Shown here: in pieces, positions 52,893 to 64,000 of the stretch
Numbering within the stretch: the first letter of the stretch is position 1
Layout: every line of letters starts with the position of its first letter
Assembly: GCA_964016885.1 (NCBI GenBank)
Contig: OZ024740.1
Span: 118,792,001 to 118,856,000, forward strand
Length of the DNA: 64,000 nucleotides
Reading direction: 5' to 3'
DNA from: Eledone cirrhosa
Lineage: Eukaryota
The notes under the pieces: model-generated
The model's database searches: none
Seen by the model: only the letters and a program-made list of their open reading frames with translations
Told to the model about the DNA's origin: nothing
Program-made: the position numbers and the translations under genes

Positions 52893-53159
52893 CATCTCAC
52901 TTTATTTGTTGAAAAAAGAAGTAAGTGACATAGTCACTACTTTAAAACAACAGTGTAAGGTCTTCAAAATGCTTTTAATCAAGCATACAGTGTATTACCA
53001 AATACACTATATATACATTTATATATATATGTATATATTTATTAAAATAACAGATTAAAGTGTAAGCAAAGAATCGATGCTTTCACCCTTAACGGGATCT
53101 TCTGATATATAATTATCCTTATCGAGACCTCTTTGGATTTTAGTCTTCACATTTATTAT

Positions 53160-53251
<92 letters not shown>

Positions 53252-53254
53252 AGT

Positions 53255-53291
<37 letters not shown>

Positions 53292-55499
53292 CAGTATTTA
53301 CGTATCGAGAAAGAGTAAAAAAGGGGAGGATAGGTAATACATATAGTTATTTTCCAAGTAGCGTATGCCAAAGGTGCTCAATACTAGTGCCGGCAGTATT
53401 AAATATTCGAAGTGTTAATATTTAGTGGGCTAGAGAGTTAGCAGAGCGTAAGCACGTGGGAAAGTAAAAAATCGGAGAATAGACCGTTAAAACATGTTTA
53501 TTTAAAACAGCACCTACGTACGTTTCGCCCAGTTGGGCTTCTCAAGGGCATAAATAATCAAAAGTGTTCCTTATATTGCTCGGAAAGAGTTTTGGGGGTT
53601 AAATCCACATCAAGGTTCATTGCTCGCAAAAATAGCCTGTTTTGATTTTGCAGCAGGTCAGGGAGGTAACTCTGGCCGGTGTTAGAGCAGTCTTTCCCGG
53701 ACAAACTTTTTTTTTTTTTTTTTTTGCCGCATATGTTTGTCTGAGGCTGGGTCTGGTATGCAAGGATTGTTTCCTGGGGTGTTATTTTGCAGCGCCTGCC
53801 CGCCGGGGTGTTAAGACTTGTTGCAGGGAGATCCGGTGTACGGTTTCACTCCTCATCCTTAACACATCTGAAGAAGGATATTTTTAAGCGAAGTGTACAA
53901 CTTATCGCTGTTTCAGCTCTGCTGTTGATGAGCTCGGGGGTGCAGTTATGATGTGGTAGAGCTCCATGAGGCAAATATCGCATTTCCTCTTGAAGTTGTA
54001 CGGTGCAGCCCTGCCGACAATCTCCCAGTGCGTGGAGATGCTGATGTTTAAGTCCGCTGATGTAGTCCGCGAAGTGATGTGATGTGATGTAGAGCGAAGT
54101 GGAGTGCCTTAGATTTCTATTTGTGAAAGAGTGGAGATGTGTTCGAAACCTAATTTTGAACGGGCCGGAGGTAGCCCCTATATAATGTTTAACGCTATTG
54201 TGGCTAGTAATAGTGCATCTATATATAACCCTATCAGTCAAGCAGTATCCTCTAAGGGGGCAGCGTCCTCTGTGGCGGCAGTTGCAATTTCTGTCGCAGT
54301 TCCGTCTATTTCCCACGGTAAGGCTATCATTGTTGCTGCCTACGTTGTTACCTACGCTACCGCAGCTGTCGTTAGCACCATTACAACCCACAGCACGCTG
54401 GGTGGTGCGATTGTTATTCCGCACGTCATGTCCTGCATGTTCCCCAGTCATTTCGCGGTTATGCTAGTTGCGTCTGCGGATGCCGTTGCCAACACTATTG
54501 GATGCTTCCAGGGAGTTGTTAAGGCCGATATAGTTATTGTCAGGTGTAGGTGCGTCTGTGTCGAGGTGCTGTGTCTTGGTGATCTTACTGTGGTTCGTTG
54601 TTCCTATGATGTCTGCTAGGTTAGGAGTGGTAGAGAAGGATATTTTTATATTGTTCCTATTAAGAATTTTTCTATACCTATGGTTGGGCAGGAAGTTCTT
54701 CTCTAAGGCTTCAAAGAACATCCGGGGTATGTTGGAGACCACACTCCGAGAGTAGGGGGGTGGAACCCTAGGACGTTGCGGTGGTGATTACGTGTCCTTG
54801 TACTTTTGCTACAGGTGGTTCCATCTAGGTGACCGCTCTTATGTGTGTTAATGCACAGTCGCCCGTTCGGTGCCCCTTTCACTTTATGCTCGAGTGCACT
54901 CTTCCTACCTCCTCCATGTTTATGTACACGAAGATGTTGGTTGGAAGGCGTTGGTAGTAGGCCGTCGCCTTTGTTGGTTTTGTAATAGGGGAATAGTTCG
55001 AGTAATCTACAGTTCACCGTCGCCGGGGTCGTGATCTTTAGTGCGGTTATCTATTCTATTATATCCGACTTCAACGAGGTCGGCGCGCGATCGGTTATAG
55101 GTTTGGCTTACTATAACGTTCGTTTTATGAGGGGGGTGGTTTCTAGAGCTAGCCTTAGGGATGTAGGAAATTCCTCGGTTAAAGCCGGCGCTTATCAAGG
55201 CCCTATTGTAGTAATCCGCCGCTTGGTTGAAGATATCCTCATTGGCGGATAGCCTCGAGATTCTATGTGAGATACTATGCACTATGGAGTTGAGAGTCTG
55301 CTTAGAGTCGTTGGAGGCATAATTAATATAAGAGAGGCACTCTTCAGGCTTATGGTATGGCTTGTATAAGCCCGCACTCAACTCAAGGGTCACGTTCAGG
55401 AAGTTGACAACCCTGTGGTTGAGGTCCATAGTTACGGATAGGGCGTATGTCTTGAAGAACCTGTGTATATGTTTGTTAAGGTTCTCTATCCTACGGGGG

Positions 55500-55500
<1 letters not shown>
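53292..55500 (-). mobile_element. Penelope-like element, 5'-truncated (RT thumb, CxC linker, GIY-YIG, 3' pseudo-LTR)
   Basis: VNFLNVTLELSAGLYKPYHKP, HRYRKILNRNNIKISFSTTPNL and CNCRHRGRCPLRGYCL..VIY..YIG..FKIRFRTH, frameshifted. Bounded by (TA)n on both sides. Confidence 0.9.
53510..53550 (-). ncRNA. Minimal type I hammerhead ribozyme, U3-A8 variant, in PLE 3' region
   Basis: gccc-TTGAGAA-gccc aact gggc-GAAA-cgtacg-TA-ggtgc, with a palindromic stem III. Confidence 0.75.
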
Positions 55501-55574
<74 letters not shown>

Positions 55575-55729
55575 TTGGAGCTCTGAAATAGCAATATATA
55601 TATGGATGTATATATAATGTATTTTGCAATACACTTTATGCTTAATTAAAAGCATTTTGAAGACCGTAAGCTATTGTTTTAAAGTAGTGACAAATTCACT
55701 CACTTTGATCTCAGCAAACAGGGGAGATA

Positions 55730-55773
55730 AGCCGACATGACATGTTTCGCTTTGGTTGAAGCTTATCAAGGCC
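55730..55773 (-). ncRNA. Type I hammerhead ribozyme, U3-A8 variant (unit 1)
   Basis: ggcc-TTGATAA-gctt caacca aagc-GAAA-cat gtc atg-TC-ggct. Stem I extends imperfectly out to ttgatctcag/ctgagatcaa. Confidence 0.83.
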
Positions 55774-56045
55774 AACTACCCCACCTGTCTACTGAGATCA
55801 ATGATGTTATATTCTTATAGAAATCTAGTAAATAATCAGGAGCTGATTATGCAGAGCGGTTGTTGGTCAGGCAGAAATTAAAAATTAGAATTGGAGCTCT
55901 GAAATAGCAATATATATATGGATGTATATATAATGTATTTTGCAATACACTTTATGCTTAATTAAAAGCATTTTGAAGACCGTAAGCTATTGTTTTAAAG
56001 TAGTGACAAATTCACTCACTTTGATCTCAGCAAACAGGGGAGATA

Positions 56046-56089
56046 AGCCGACATGACATGTTTCGCTTTGGTTGAAGCTTATCAAGGCC
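56046..56089 (-). ncRNA. Type I hammerhead ribozyme, U3-A8 variant (unit 2)
   Basis: Identical to unit 1, shifted +316 bp. Confidence 0.83.
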
Positions 56090-56361
56090 AACTACCCCAC
56101 CCGTCTACTGAGATCAATGATGTTATATTCTTATAGAAATCTAGTAAATAATCAGGAGCTGATTATGCAGAGCGGTTGTTGGTCAGGCAGAAATTAAAAA
56201 TTAGAATTGGAGCTCTGAAATAGCAATATATATATGGATGTATATATAATGTATTTTGCAATACCCTTTATGCTTAATTAAAAGCATTTTGAAGACCGTA
56301 AGCTATTGTTTTAAAGTAGTGACAAATTCACTCACTTTGATCTCAGCAAACAGGGGAGATA

Positions 56362-56405
56362 AGCCGACATGACATGTTTCGCTTTGGTTGAAGCTTATCA
56401 AGGCC
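56362..56405 (-). ncRNA. Type I hammerhead ribozyme, U3-A8 variant (unit 3)
   Basis: Identical to unit 1, shifted +632 bp. Confidence 0.83.
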
Positions 56406-56552
56406 AACTACCCCACCTGTCTACTGAGATCAATGATGTTATATTCTTATAGAAATCTAGTAAATAATCAGGAGCTGATTATGCAGAGCGGTTGTTGGTC
56501 AGGCAGAAATTAAAATTGGAGCTCTGAGATCAAAGTGAGTGAATTTGTAGTT

Positions 56553-56596
56553 GGCCTTGATAAGCTTCAACCAAAGCGAAACATGTTATGTCGGCT
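56553..56596 (+). ncRNA. Type I hammerhead ribozyme, U3-A8 variant (inverted unit)
   Basis: ggcc-TTGATAA-gcttcaaccaaagc-GAAA-catgttatg-TC-ggct, read directly on the + strand. Confidence 0.83.
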
Positions 56597-56709
56597 TATC
56601 TCCCCTGTTTGCTGAGATCAAAGTGAGTGAATTTGTCACTACTTTAAAACAATAGCTTACGGTCTTCAAAATGCTTTTAATTAAGCATAAAGTGTATTGC
56701 AAAATACAT

Positions 56710-56742
<33 letters not shown>

Positions 56743-57324
56743 TATCATCACTATACGTCTACTTCCCTACAAAAAATTAACATGCACACATACACATATG
56801 TCAACACAAAACATACAAGGATTACGTCCATTTCAAAGCCTCTGACGAAGGACTAGCACCTGTAATGTTAAGGCTCTTTTTCTATGATATCAAGCATGAA
56901 ACTAATATATGTCTTCCTTGTACTGTATTGTTTGCTTTTTTGTTTTATGTTTTTGTTTTATGTTTATTTTTCATATACATACATATATATATATATTTAT
57001 ATATATATATAGTATTAGCTAGATTTCCAGGAGCTAGTCATTTCATGTAATTTCCATTATCTCTGAATGTTTGCAGATTTATTCAATGCAGAAGATTAGT
57101 GATGAGTGGCCATGCAGAAGAAGTTTGATAAGGGATAATATATATCATTGTCAACAATGACTATGAAACCACTAGTTGCTTGAATATTCAGTTAATATCA
57201 TGCATTAGACGATATAAATTACCTCTATGTTTACAGAGTGCTCATTCTTTTATCATGAAATCATACTCAAGTAACTACTATACATATGTGTGTGTGAGAG
57301 AGAGTGTGCATCATAACAATAATA

Positions 57325-57514
57325 ATAATTGTTTCTACTTTTGGCACAAGGCCAGCAATTATCTCAGTGCATTACTGGTACTTTATTTTACCGACCCCGT
57401 AAGGATGAAAAGCAAAGTTAACCACGGTCGGATTTGAACTCAGACTGTAAATGGGCGTAACTCTATGTTGGAAAGCATGGCGTCCGTCCCTCTACCGATA
57501 CTGCCAATCCACCA
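57325..57514 (-). mobile_element. tRNA-derived SINE (same family as 3207-3590)
   Basis: Aligns by eye with 8526-8712. Confidence 0.8.
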
Positions 57515-58339
57515 CCCATAATAATAATAATAAATATACATGTGGAAGTTTTAATAAACATATATTAAGTCTCACTGTGAAAATAGTTCTTGTGAATGAA
57601 TCAACAGTGCTTTGCCACCTTACTGTCGAAATCCATGCTAGTAGTTTCAGCTTTTTTAAACAATTGCATATAACTTCCATTTACCTATTTATTCATAACT
57701 AGATTGCACTGGTACTATAGCTATCAACGCCTGACTATCAACCTTGTACCATTATGTGAAATATTAATTCAGGCATTGTATTACCAGATTGGTTGAAAAC
57801 TTGCGTGCAAATCTAAATATCTTAGTATCAGCATTTTGAATAAACGGAATTCAGGCTGGTGAATAATTGAATCACTTGATCTAGTTTATTATTCACTAGA
57901 TCTACTGGACCTCGTATGATTTATTACATCCTTGTGTCATAGCTTCATGATCTTGTGTAGTATGTTGTGAGTGTATCAGCAGCTCTGTCCAATATAAGTG
58001 AACAATATTCTAATAGGAGGCAGTGAATTGATGGAGTGATTAAAGCAGGAATTTAAATGTCTTGCACTATTTTTTTTCAGCTCTCTGCACTTTGAATTGA
58101 AAAGCTGCCAAGGTCAACTTTCATCCTCTTTGGGTCTATAAATAAAATACCAATTAAGGGCGTGGATTGGCAGAATTGTTTAGTGAACTGGAAGTCCAGG
58201 CTGATAGTATTTAGCCTTTTGTATGGGGAGTTCACGTATATTATCACTGGAGGCAAAATTTAGATAAGTTTGGGTAGAGAAGTCTCACATGTGTGAGTGA
58301 TTGCTGGACTTCAGAAAGGGTTCTACCTATTTTCTTCTC

Positions 58340-60025
58340 TTCGGAAATAGTTGCTGAAATGCTGAAAGCATCTGGAACAGTGGGACACACTATGGTCACT
58401 CGGATAGTAAACCAAGTCAACAGAATGGGGACGTTCCGAAGGACTGGCGTAGCAGCATCATCATTAACTGCTACAAGAGTAAAGGAGATGCTCTTGATAG
58501 GGGTAACTATAGAGGCATTAAATTAATCGACCAGGTCATGAAGGTCACAGAAAAAGTAATAGCGCAACTAATCAGAGAACGAATTGATCTAGATGAAATG
58601 CAGTGCGGGTTTGTGTCAGGTAAAAGTACCACAGACGCTCTTTTCATTGTAGGACAACTACAAGAGAAGTACCTAGCTAAAAGTAAACCCTTATACTTAG
58701 CTTTTGTTGACTTGGAGAAAGCCTTTGACAGAGTCCCCCGCTCCATTATCTGGTGGGCGCTTAGAAAACGAGGTGTTGATGAATGGCTTGTGAGAGCTAT
58801 ACAAGCCATGTATAAAGAAACAGTCAGCAAGGTTAGAATTAACAACGAATATAGTGAAGAGTTTAGCGTAAACGTTGGTGTTCATCAGGGCTCCGTTCTT
58901 ACCCCCCTACTATTTATTATTGCCCTTCAGGCTATAACAGAGGAGTTCAAGACCGGCTGCCCATGGGAACTCCTATATGCAGATGATCTAACGCTCATAG
59001 CTGAATCAATGGCTGAACTAGAGAAGAAATTCCAAACAAGGAAGCATGGCCTAGAATCAAAAGGCCTTAAAGATGATTTGTCTAAGACTAAAGTTCTAGT
59101 TTGTAGGAAGGAAAATAGGGCACCGGTCCACTCTGGCAAATGGCCATGCTCAGTGTGTAGGAAAGGAGTAGGCAGAAACTCCATTTTATGACCCAAATGC
59201 AAAGTATGGGTGCATAAAAGATGTAGTGGGATCACAGGTAAGCTAACTAAGAATATAGATTTTATATGTGGCCGGTGCTCTTGTGAAATAAGTAGCAGCA
59301 AGTGCCCACAGAATACTAGCTCATTCCATTGCACAGATGGTACTATAGAAATAGTGGACACCTTCCGTTACCTGGGTGACAAAATCAGCAGTGGTTGAGG
59401 GTGCTCTGAAAGTACAGTAGCTAGAGTCAGAACGGGATGGAAAAAGTTCAGAGCTTATACCACTATTGGCCGCTAAAGGGTTATCTCTAAAAATGAAAGG
59501 CAGGCTGTATGATGCCTGCATACGAACAGCAATGTTACATGGCAGTGAGACCTGGGCATTGTGTGCAGAGGATATACGCAGACTGGAGAGAAACGAAGCT
59601 TGCATGCTCCGCTGGATGTGTAATAGTAATATACGTGAACGGCAAAGCATAAACGAACTAAGGGAGAAATTAGGAATAAGAGGGATCAGATGTTGTTTAC
59701 TCGAGAGAAGACTACGTTGGTACGGTCACGTGATGCGCATGAAAGACGACAGCTGTATAAAAAAGTGCAGGGCGATAAAAATAGATGGTAGCCACGGAGT
59801 AGGCAGACCCAGAAAAACCTGGGACGACTTGATAAATTCCGACCTCACACACTTACACCTCTCAATGTCACTGGGCCGAGATCTTTGGCGCTACACAGTA
59901 ATACAGAAGACCCAAGACCCGCCTTGCCTAAGTACAAAGCGAAACCTACAGTCAGTAGGCACCTCTAACAAAATACCCCCCCCCCCCCCCCCGAACCTCT
60001 ACCCCACACCCACACCCCTTTTTCA
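58340..60025 (+). mobile_element. RTE-clade LINE, truncated at both ends, disrupted
   Basis: ORF pieces 58538-59191, 59210-59398 and 59466-60029 are highly similar to 11335-12954. No (GAT)n tail. Confidence 0.93.
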
Positions 60026-60361
60026 CTAATAGTAAATATATATCACTTATCTGTATCACCAATCTTGAATTTACCTAGCTGAGATAATAGTGATACTAAT
60101 AACTAAAAAATGCAATGACTAATCAATACAACTGATATATTATTTTGCAACAGCAATATTTTTTTCTGAGTTCTTAATCAAAATTTAGTTCATTTCGAAA
60201 TTAGAATTCAAAGTCATGAGCTGTCATCTGTATTAACAAAATCCTTTCAAAAATTTACAAAATTCAGATAATGTTAGTTAGTGCATCATATTGAACAGAG
60301 AATATCGACATCTTGGTACCACCACCAGTAATTCACTGAAACAGATACACTATATTTATAT

Positions 60362-60424
<63 letters not shown>

Positions 60425-61157
60425 TGTGTGTGTGTGTGTATTAAGAAATGCATACAGGCTATTTATATCAGCATGCATACACACCTGACAATGCAGCCAT
60501 ATGGTTCACCCAAACTAATCAGCTCAATAAGATGGCATTATGCCTTCAAACCAACACCTGATTAATGCATTTCTAACACCTATCCCCAACTAACATGAAC
60601 TAAGACATAGAAAGAACCTGCTATAATGTATCGTTGGTTATTTTGTTTATTCCTCTCAAATGCAGTACACTAATGCAAATATAATCTTTATGCATTATAT
60701 ATAGTGTATCTTCACCTGGAACTATTTCCCTTGAATAACACAATAATACTCCTGTCATTAATGCTTCATATATTGTAGAATGCAATTCTTAGCTAAACCA
60801 CACATTTCTTCTCACTAGTAACATAATCAAGTGATAAATAATATGAATGAAACTAAATGAACCTTGTTAATACATCCACCAACCTTGTAGGTATTATTTA
60901 AATATGAATTCTTAAAGTAAAATTAAAAGCTTTCATTTATATACATATATGCACACACAGGTGTATAAACACACACTGACATATATAGTAAGTATGTACA
61001 CATATATATATACATACACACAGGTATATATATATATATATATACACTATACACACACACATACACACACACACACACATATATATATATACATGTTTTG
61101 TCCCCAAATAAGGGTTCTAATATTTTATTTAAATGTATATTAGATGGACATGAAATT

Positions 61158-61800
61158 ACATTATCTCCTTCAAAATACAACCTTTGGGGAGTTACACGGT
61201 GGTTCCAAAATTTTTTCCAATATTTGTAGCAGTGCCGAAGTAATGTTCTGTGAGTGTCTTTAGTTTGTCGGTTACTATATTTTGTATGTTTTCCACAGTC
61301 CCATAATGATGTTTTTCGACTTTGCTTTCAGCTTAGGGAAGAGGTAGATATAACATGGAGCTAGATCTGGGCTGAAGGGAGGCTGCGGAAGAGTAGAAAT
61401 GTTTTTCTTTCCCAGAAATTCTCTAATTGAAAGTGTTGTGTGAGCAGATACATTATCGTGGGGCAGTACCCAATCTCCTGCAATGTCATTTCAGACCCGC
61501 TGAACTCATTTTCGAAGTAGTTCCAAGAAATCCTTGAAAAGTTGTGATTAACTGTCTGTCATGGAATTAAAAATTCTTTGTGAACAATATCATAGCTGTC
61601 AAAAAAAATGATAATCATCATTTTCACCCTGGATCTATTCATGTGTGCTTTCTTTGGGTGAGGATAATTTTTCTTGTACCACACCTCAGTCTGTTGTTTT
61701 ATCTCTGGATCATACTCAAACACCTATGATTTATCTCCTATTATTACTTTATCCAAGAAACGTGGCTCAATTTTGAGTCTTTCTAGTAAACCATGACAAA
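61158..61800 (-). pseudogene. Decayed mariner transposase
   Basis: The minus strand reads WVLPHDNVSAH, LPQPPFSPDLAPCYIYLFPKLK (YSPDLAP motif) and a terminal YFEGDN. Confidence 0.75.
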
Positions 61801-62039
61801 TTCCTAACCTGTTCACATTTTGCTCCACAGACAAGTGTTAGCGTAATACTTTTGTACAGTTTTTTTGCATCACTAATGTAACAGGTTATAAACATGTATG
61901 TATAAAAAGAGCAATAACTCATACCTGACTCAATTGATCATGTTAAAACAAGTATGTACATGCTATCAATTTGTCACCTTCAGTAGATATCTTACAGGAA
62001 TTCCCATGGCCCGTCTATAATGTATGTCTCTATTTGCTC

Positions 62040-62636
62040 TTCTTTACTGTCAAAAGCTTCAAGCAACATGCATCTAATTTTTTTTGCTGACTGTGGGGTT
62101 CTTCAACTTCTACTCCTCAATCTTGTGCTCTGTTGTCCTGACTATAAGGTTGCTTAATATTAGAGTATGTTGGGAGGTGCATTCTTCACCAGGGAGGGAC
62201 TTTGTGTTTACAACTGTCAATCTATCTCATCTTCTGATCTATAGGAGATCAAGTGATTATCTCATTGTTTGAAGTTTGTGTTGCAGATAGATAGGTCATT
62301 GGCATCACAGAATTCCAAGAGCCTGAAACATTCCTCATTTCTAGTACCAAACACAATAACTCCCTGGATCTCGTAGCTATCACAGTGTTGCCCATTAAGG
62401 TCAATGGCAATGGTTATGCAGTCACTGCTGCTTATATGGAAAGTAGTTTGGATTAAGGACTCAAAGAACCTGTTTATTATAACTTCTGGTAGACCAGATT
62501 CGTATGCATAAGCAGATATAATTGACATGGTTGTTCTATTTAGAACTCGTCTAATTTTAATGATTCTGTCATTCACTCTATTTGCAGCAATAACCTTATC
62601 TACCCAGTTTCTGCTAACATACACCCTACTTCACCC
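62040..62636 (-). pseudogene. APE endonuclease fragment of an RTE LINE
   Basis: RVNDRII, IISAYA, DLNG, GTRNEECFRLLEFCDANDLSICNTNFK and CTSQH. Confidence 0.8.
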
Positions 62637-62684
62637 AACCCATTGTCATTTGTATATAAATACATATATAATGTCAAGGGTTTC

Positions 62685-62961
62685 TGTTGTATGGACTGTG
62701 AATCGAACTCACAACCTCATTGTTGTATGGACTGTTAAATTCGATTTGTTCAATTTACACGTGCTCACACATTTGCATATGAATCACATGACCTGGGCAG
62801 TCAGTCAGCGTTGGTATTAAAAACTCGGTCACAGACTACTTACTTACTTTATGTTATTCTGCTACTGTGAGGAGGGGCGTTTTTGGTTGTTTCGTACAAT
62901 ACACAAATTATTTGATATAACTCGCTGTGTTTTCTCTGCGAGTACCGAGAAGAATACAACA
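62685..62961 (+). repeat. 5' LTR of a Gypsy element (start 62685 or 62721)
   Basis: Inverted termini TGTTGTAT...ATACAACA, followed by a PBS-like TGGCGTCGC at 62970. Confidence 0.75.
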
Positions 62962-63068
62962 GAGTTTATTGGCGTCGCCGATAGGATTTACCTACATTGC
63001 CGATAGGATTTACCTACATTGCCGATAGGATTTACCTACATTGCCGGGAAATTGTTTATCATAAAAAC

Positions 63069-63989
63069 ATGGCGGAACAACAAACAGCGGAGCTAATAAA
63101 GTTGTTTAGAGAACAGATGGAACAACAAATGCAACAACAGGAACAACAAATGCAACAACACAAGAAAGATATGGACACTCTGATAAAACTGTTTGGTGCT
63201 CGAGATTCTGAACAACAGAGTTTATTGGCGTCGCTAGTTGCTTCGACACCAACAGCATTCATCCGACCATTTGCTGCTTTTAATTCAACAACAGAACTAT
63301 GGCCTGTTTACTGGTCAAGATTCTGCGCGTTTGTGGCTGCTAACGCTGTACCAGAGCAACGCATGGCACAAGTGTTCCTGACTAATCAGACGGCTGCTAT
63401 CTACAAACAACTTGCAAATCTGGCTGCTCAACAAAATCCGCCTAAGGATATCAACAAGTTGACAATGGACGAAATTGTTGACTTCATGAAAGAACAGTTC
63501 GACCCAAACCTTTTCATTGTGAGAGAACGTTTCAAGTTCTGGAGTGACATGCAACGGAAGCCAGGCGAAACATTCCAGGAGCTGGCAGCACGTATACGTC
63601 AGGATGCAGCTACCTGTGATTTTCCTTCGATCACAAATCCACAAGATGAAGCTCTAAGTCAGAGATTTATATGTTCTGTCAATAATGAAGCTGTGTTGAA
63701 GGCTATTTTCAAGATCAAGGATACAGAACTAGATTTCGCCCGTGCTGTCCAAGTTGCCATCGGGACCGAATACGCAGCAAAGGTTGCCAAGGAAACTGAT
63801 TATGGTTCCAAAACCAAGCAAGTCTACAAGGTCCAGCAGAACAAGAACAAGGGTCCTCGAAAGAACCATCAGCAGTCTTATTCCACAGACCAGGAGTTGT
63901 GCTACCGATGTAGAAAGGCCCACAAAGCGACAGACTGCCCCTTCAAAGAAGCCAAATGTCATTTTTGTGACAAAAAGGGACATTTGTAG
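63069..63989 (+). CDS. gag: Gypsy/Ty3 (Mag-like) gag polyprotein, ending at a probable premature stop in the second zinc knuckle
   Basis: W.VYWSRF, ERFKFWSDMQRKPGET..ELAARIR..AA.CDF, CYRCRKAH..TDC and CHFCDKKGHL. It lies downstream of the LTR and PBS. Confidence 0.85.
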   Translation: MAEQQTAELIKLFREQMEQQMQQQEQQMQQHKKDMDTLIKLFGARDSEQQSLLASLVASTPTAFIRPFAAFNSTTELWPVYWSRFCAFVAANAVPEQRMAQVFLTNQTAAIYKQLANLAAQQNPPKDINKLTMDEIVDFMKEQFDPNLFIVRERFKFWSDMQRKPGETFQELAARIRQDAATCDFPSITNPQDEALSQRFICSVNNEAVLKAIFKIKDTELDFARAVQVAIGTEYAAKVAKETDYGSKTKQVYKVQQNKNKGPRKNHQQSYSTDQELCYRCRKAHKATDCPFKEAKCHFCDKKGHL

Positions 63990-64000
63990 AAAGAAACAAC

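Larger units (their letters stand above)
52291..53018. mobile_element. HHR-containing ~312-bp repeat (retrozyme-like): one unit followed by ~1.4 inverted units
   Basis: Homologous to the 316-bp unit at 55571. The inverted part has a 312-bp period (52594 vs 52906). Flanked by (TA)n. Confidence 0.8.
55569..56712 (-). mobile_element. Retrozyme-like tandem array: 3 x 316-bp near-identical units, each with an HHR, plus an inverted partial unit
   Basis: Units start at 55571, 55887 and 56203. HHRs are at 55730-55773, 56046-56089 and 56362-56405 (-) and 56553-56596 (+). Confidence 0.88.

Noticed and set aside
55569-56520. CRISPR-like array or ordinary satellite
   Set aside because: The units are identical along their whole length with no variable spacers, the context is eukaryotic, and the embedded HHRs explain the array better.

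Overview
AT-rich, repeat-saturated animal genomic DNA. The repeat families suggest an octopus or other cephalopod, which is an inference. I found no credible host exon, and most listed ORFs are microsatellite or antisense artefacts. The window holds about 10 RTE-clade LINE copies (most carry a PHD-type C4HC3 finger inside the RT), two tRNA-derived SINE families (one shares the RTE 3' tail), two decayed Penelope-like elements (PLEs; RT plus C-terminal GIY-YIG), Helitron, mariner and MITE remnants, and the 5' LTR plus gag of a Gypsy element at the right edge. The main signal is non-coding: reading both strands by hand gives 16 type I hammerhead ribozyme (HHR) motifs with intact cores plus about 5 decayed ones. 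They occur in three settings. (i) A 316-bp tandem array (55.6-56.7 kb) has one HHR per unit and looks like a retrozyme/circRNA-producing element; a diverged sister locus at 52.3-53.0 kb swaps the catalytic U3-A8 pair for C3-G8. (ii) Two kb-scale non-coding inverted repeats carry an HHR near each outer end. (iii) The rest lie in PLE 3' tails or tail-like segments. Five sequence-divergent HHRs share a C.C mismatch at position 4 of stem II, flanked by covarying pairs. All folds were worked out by eye and none has been tested for activity.
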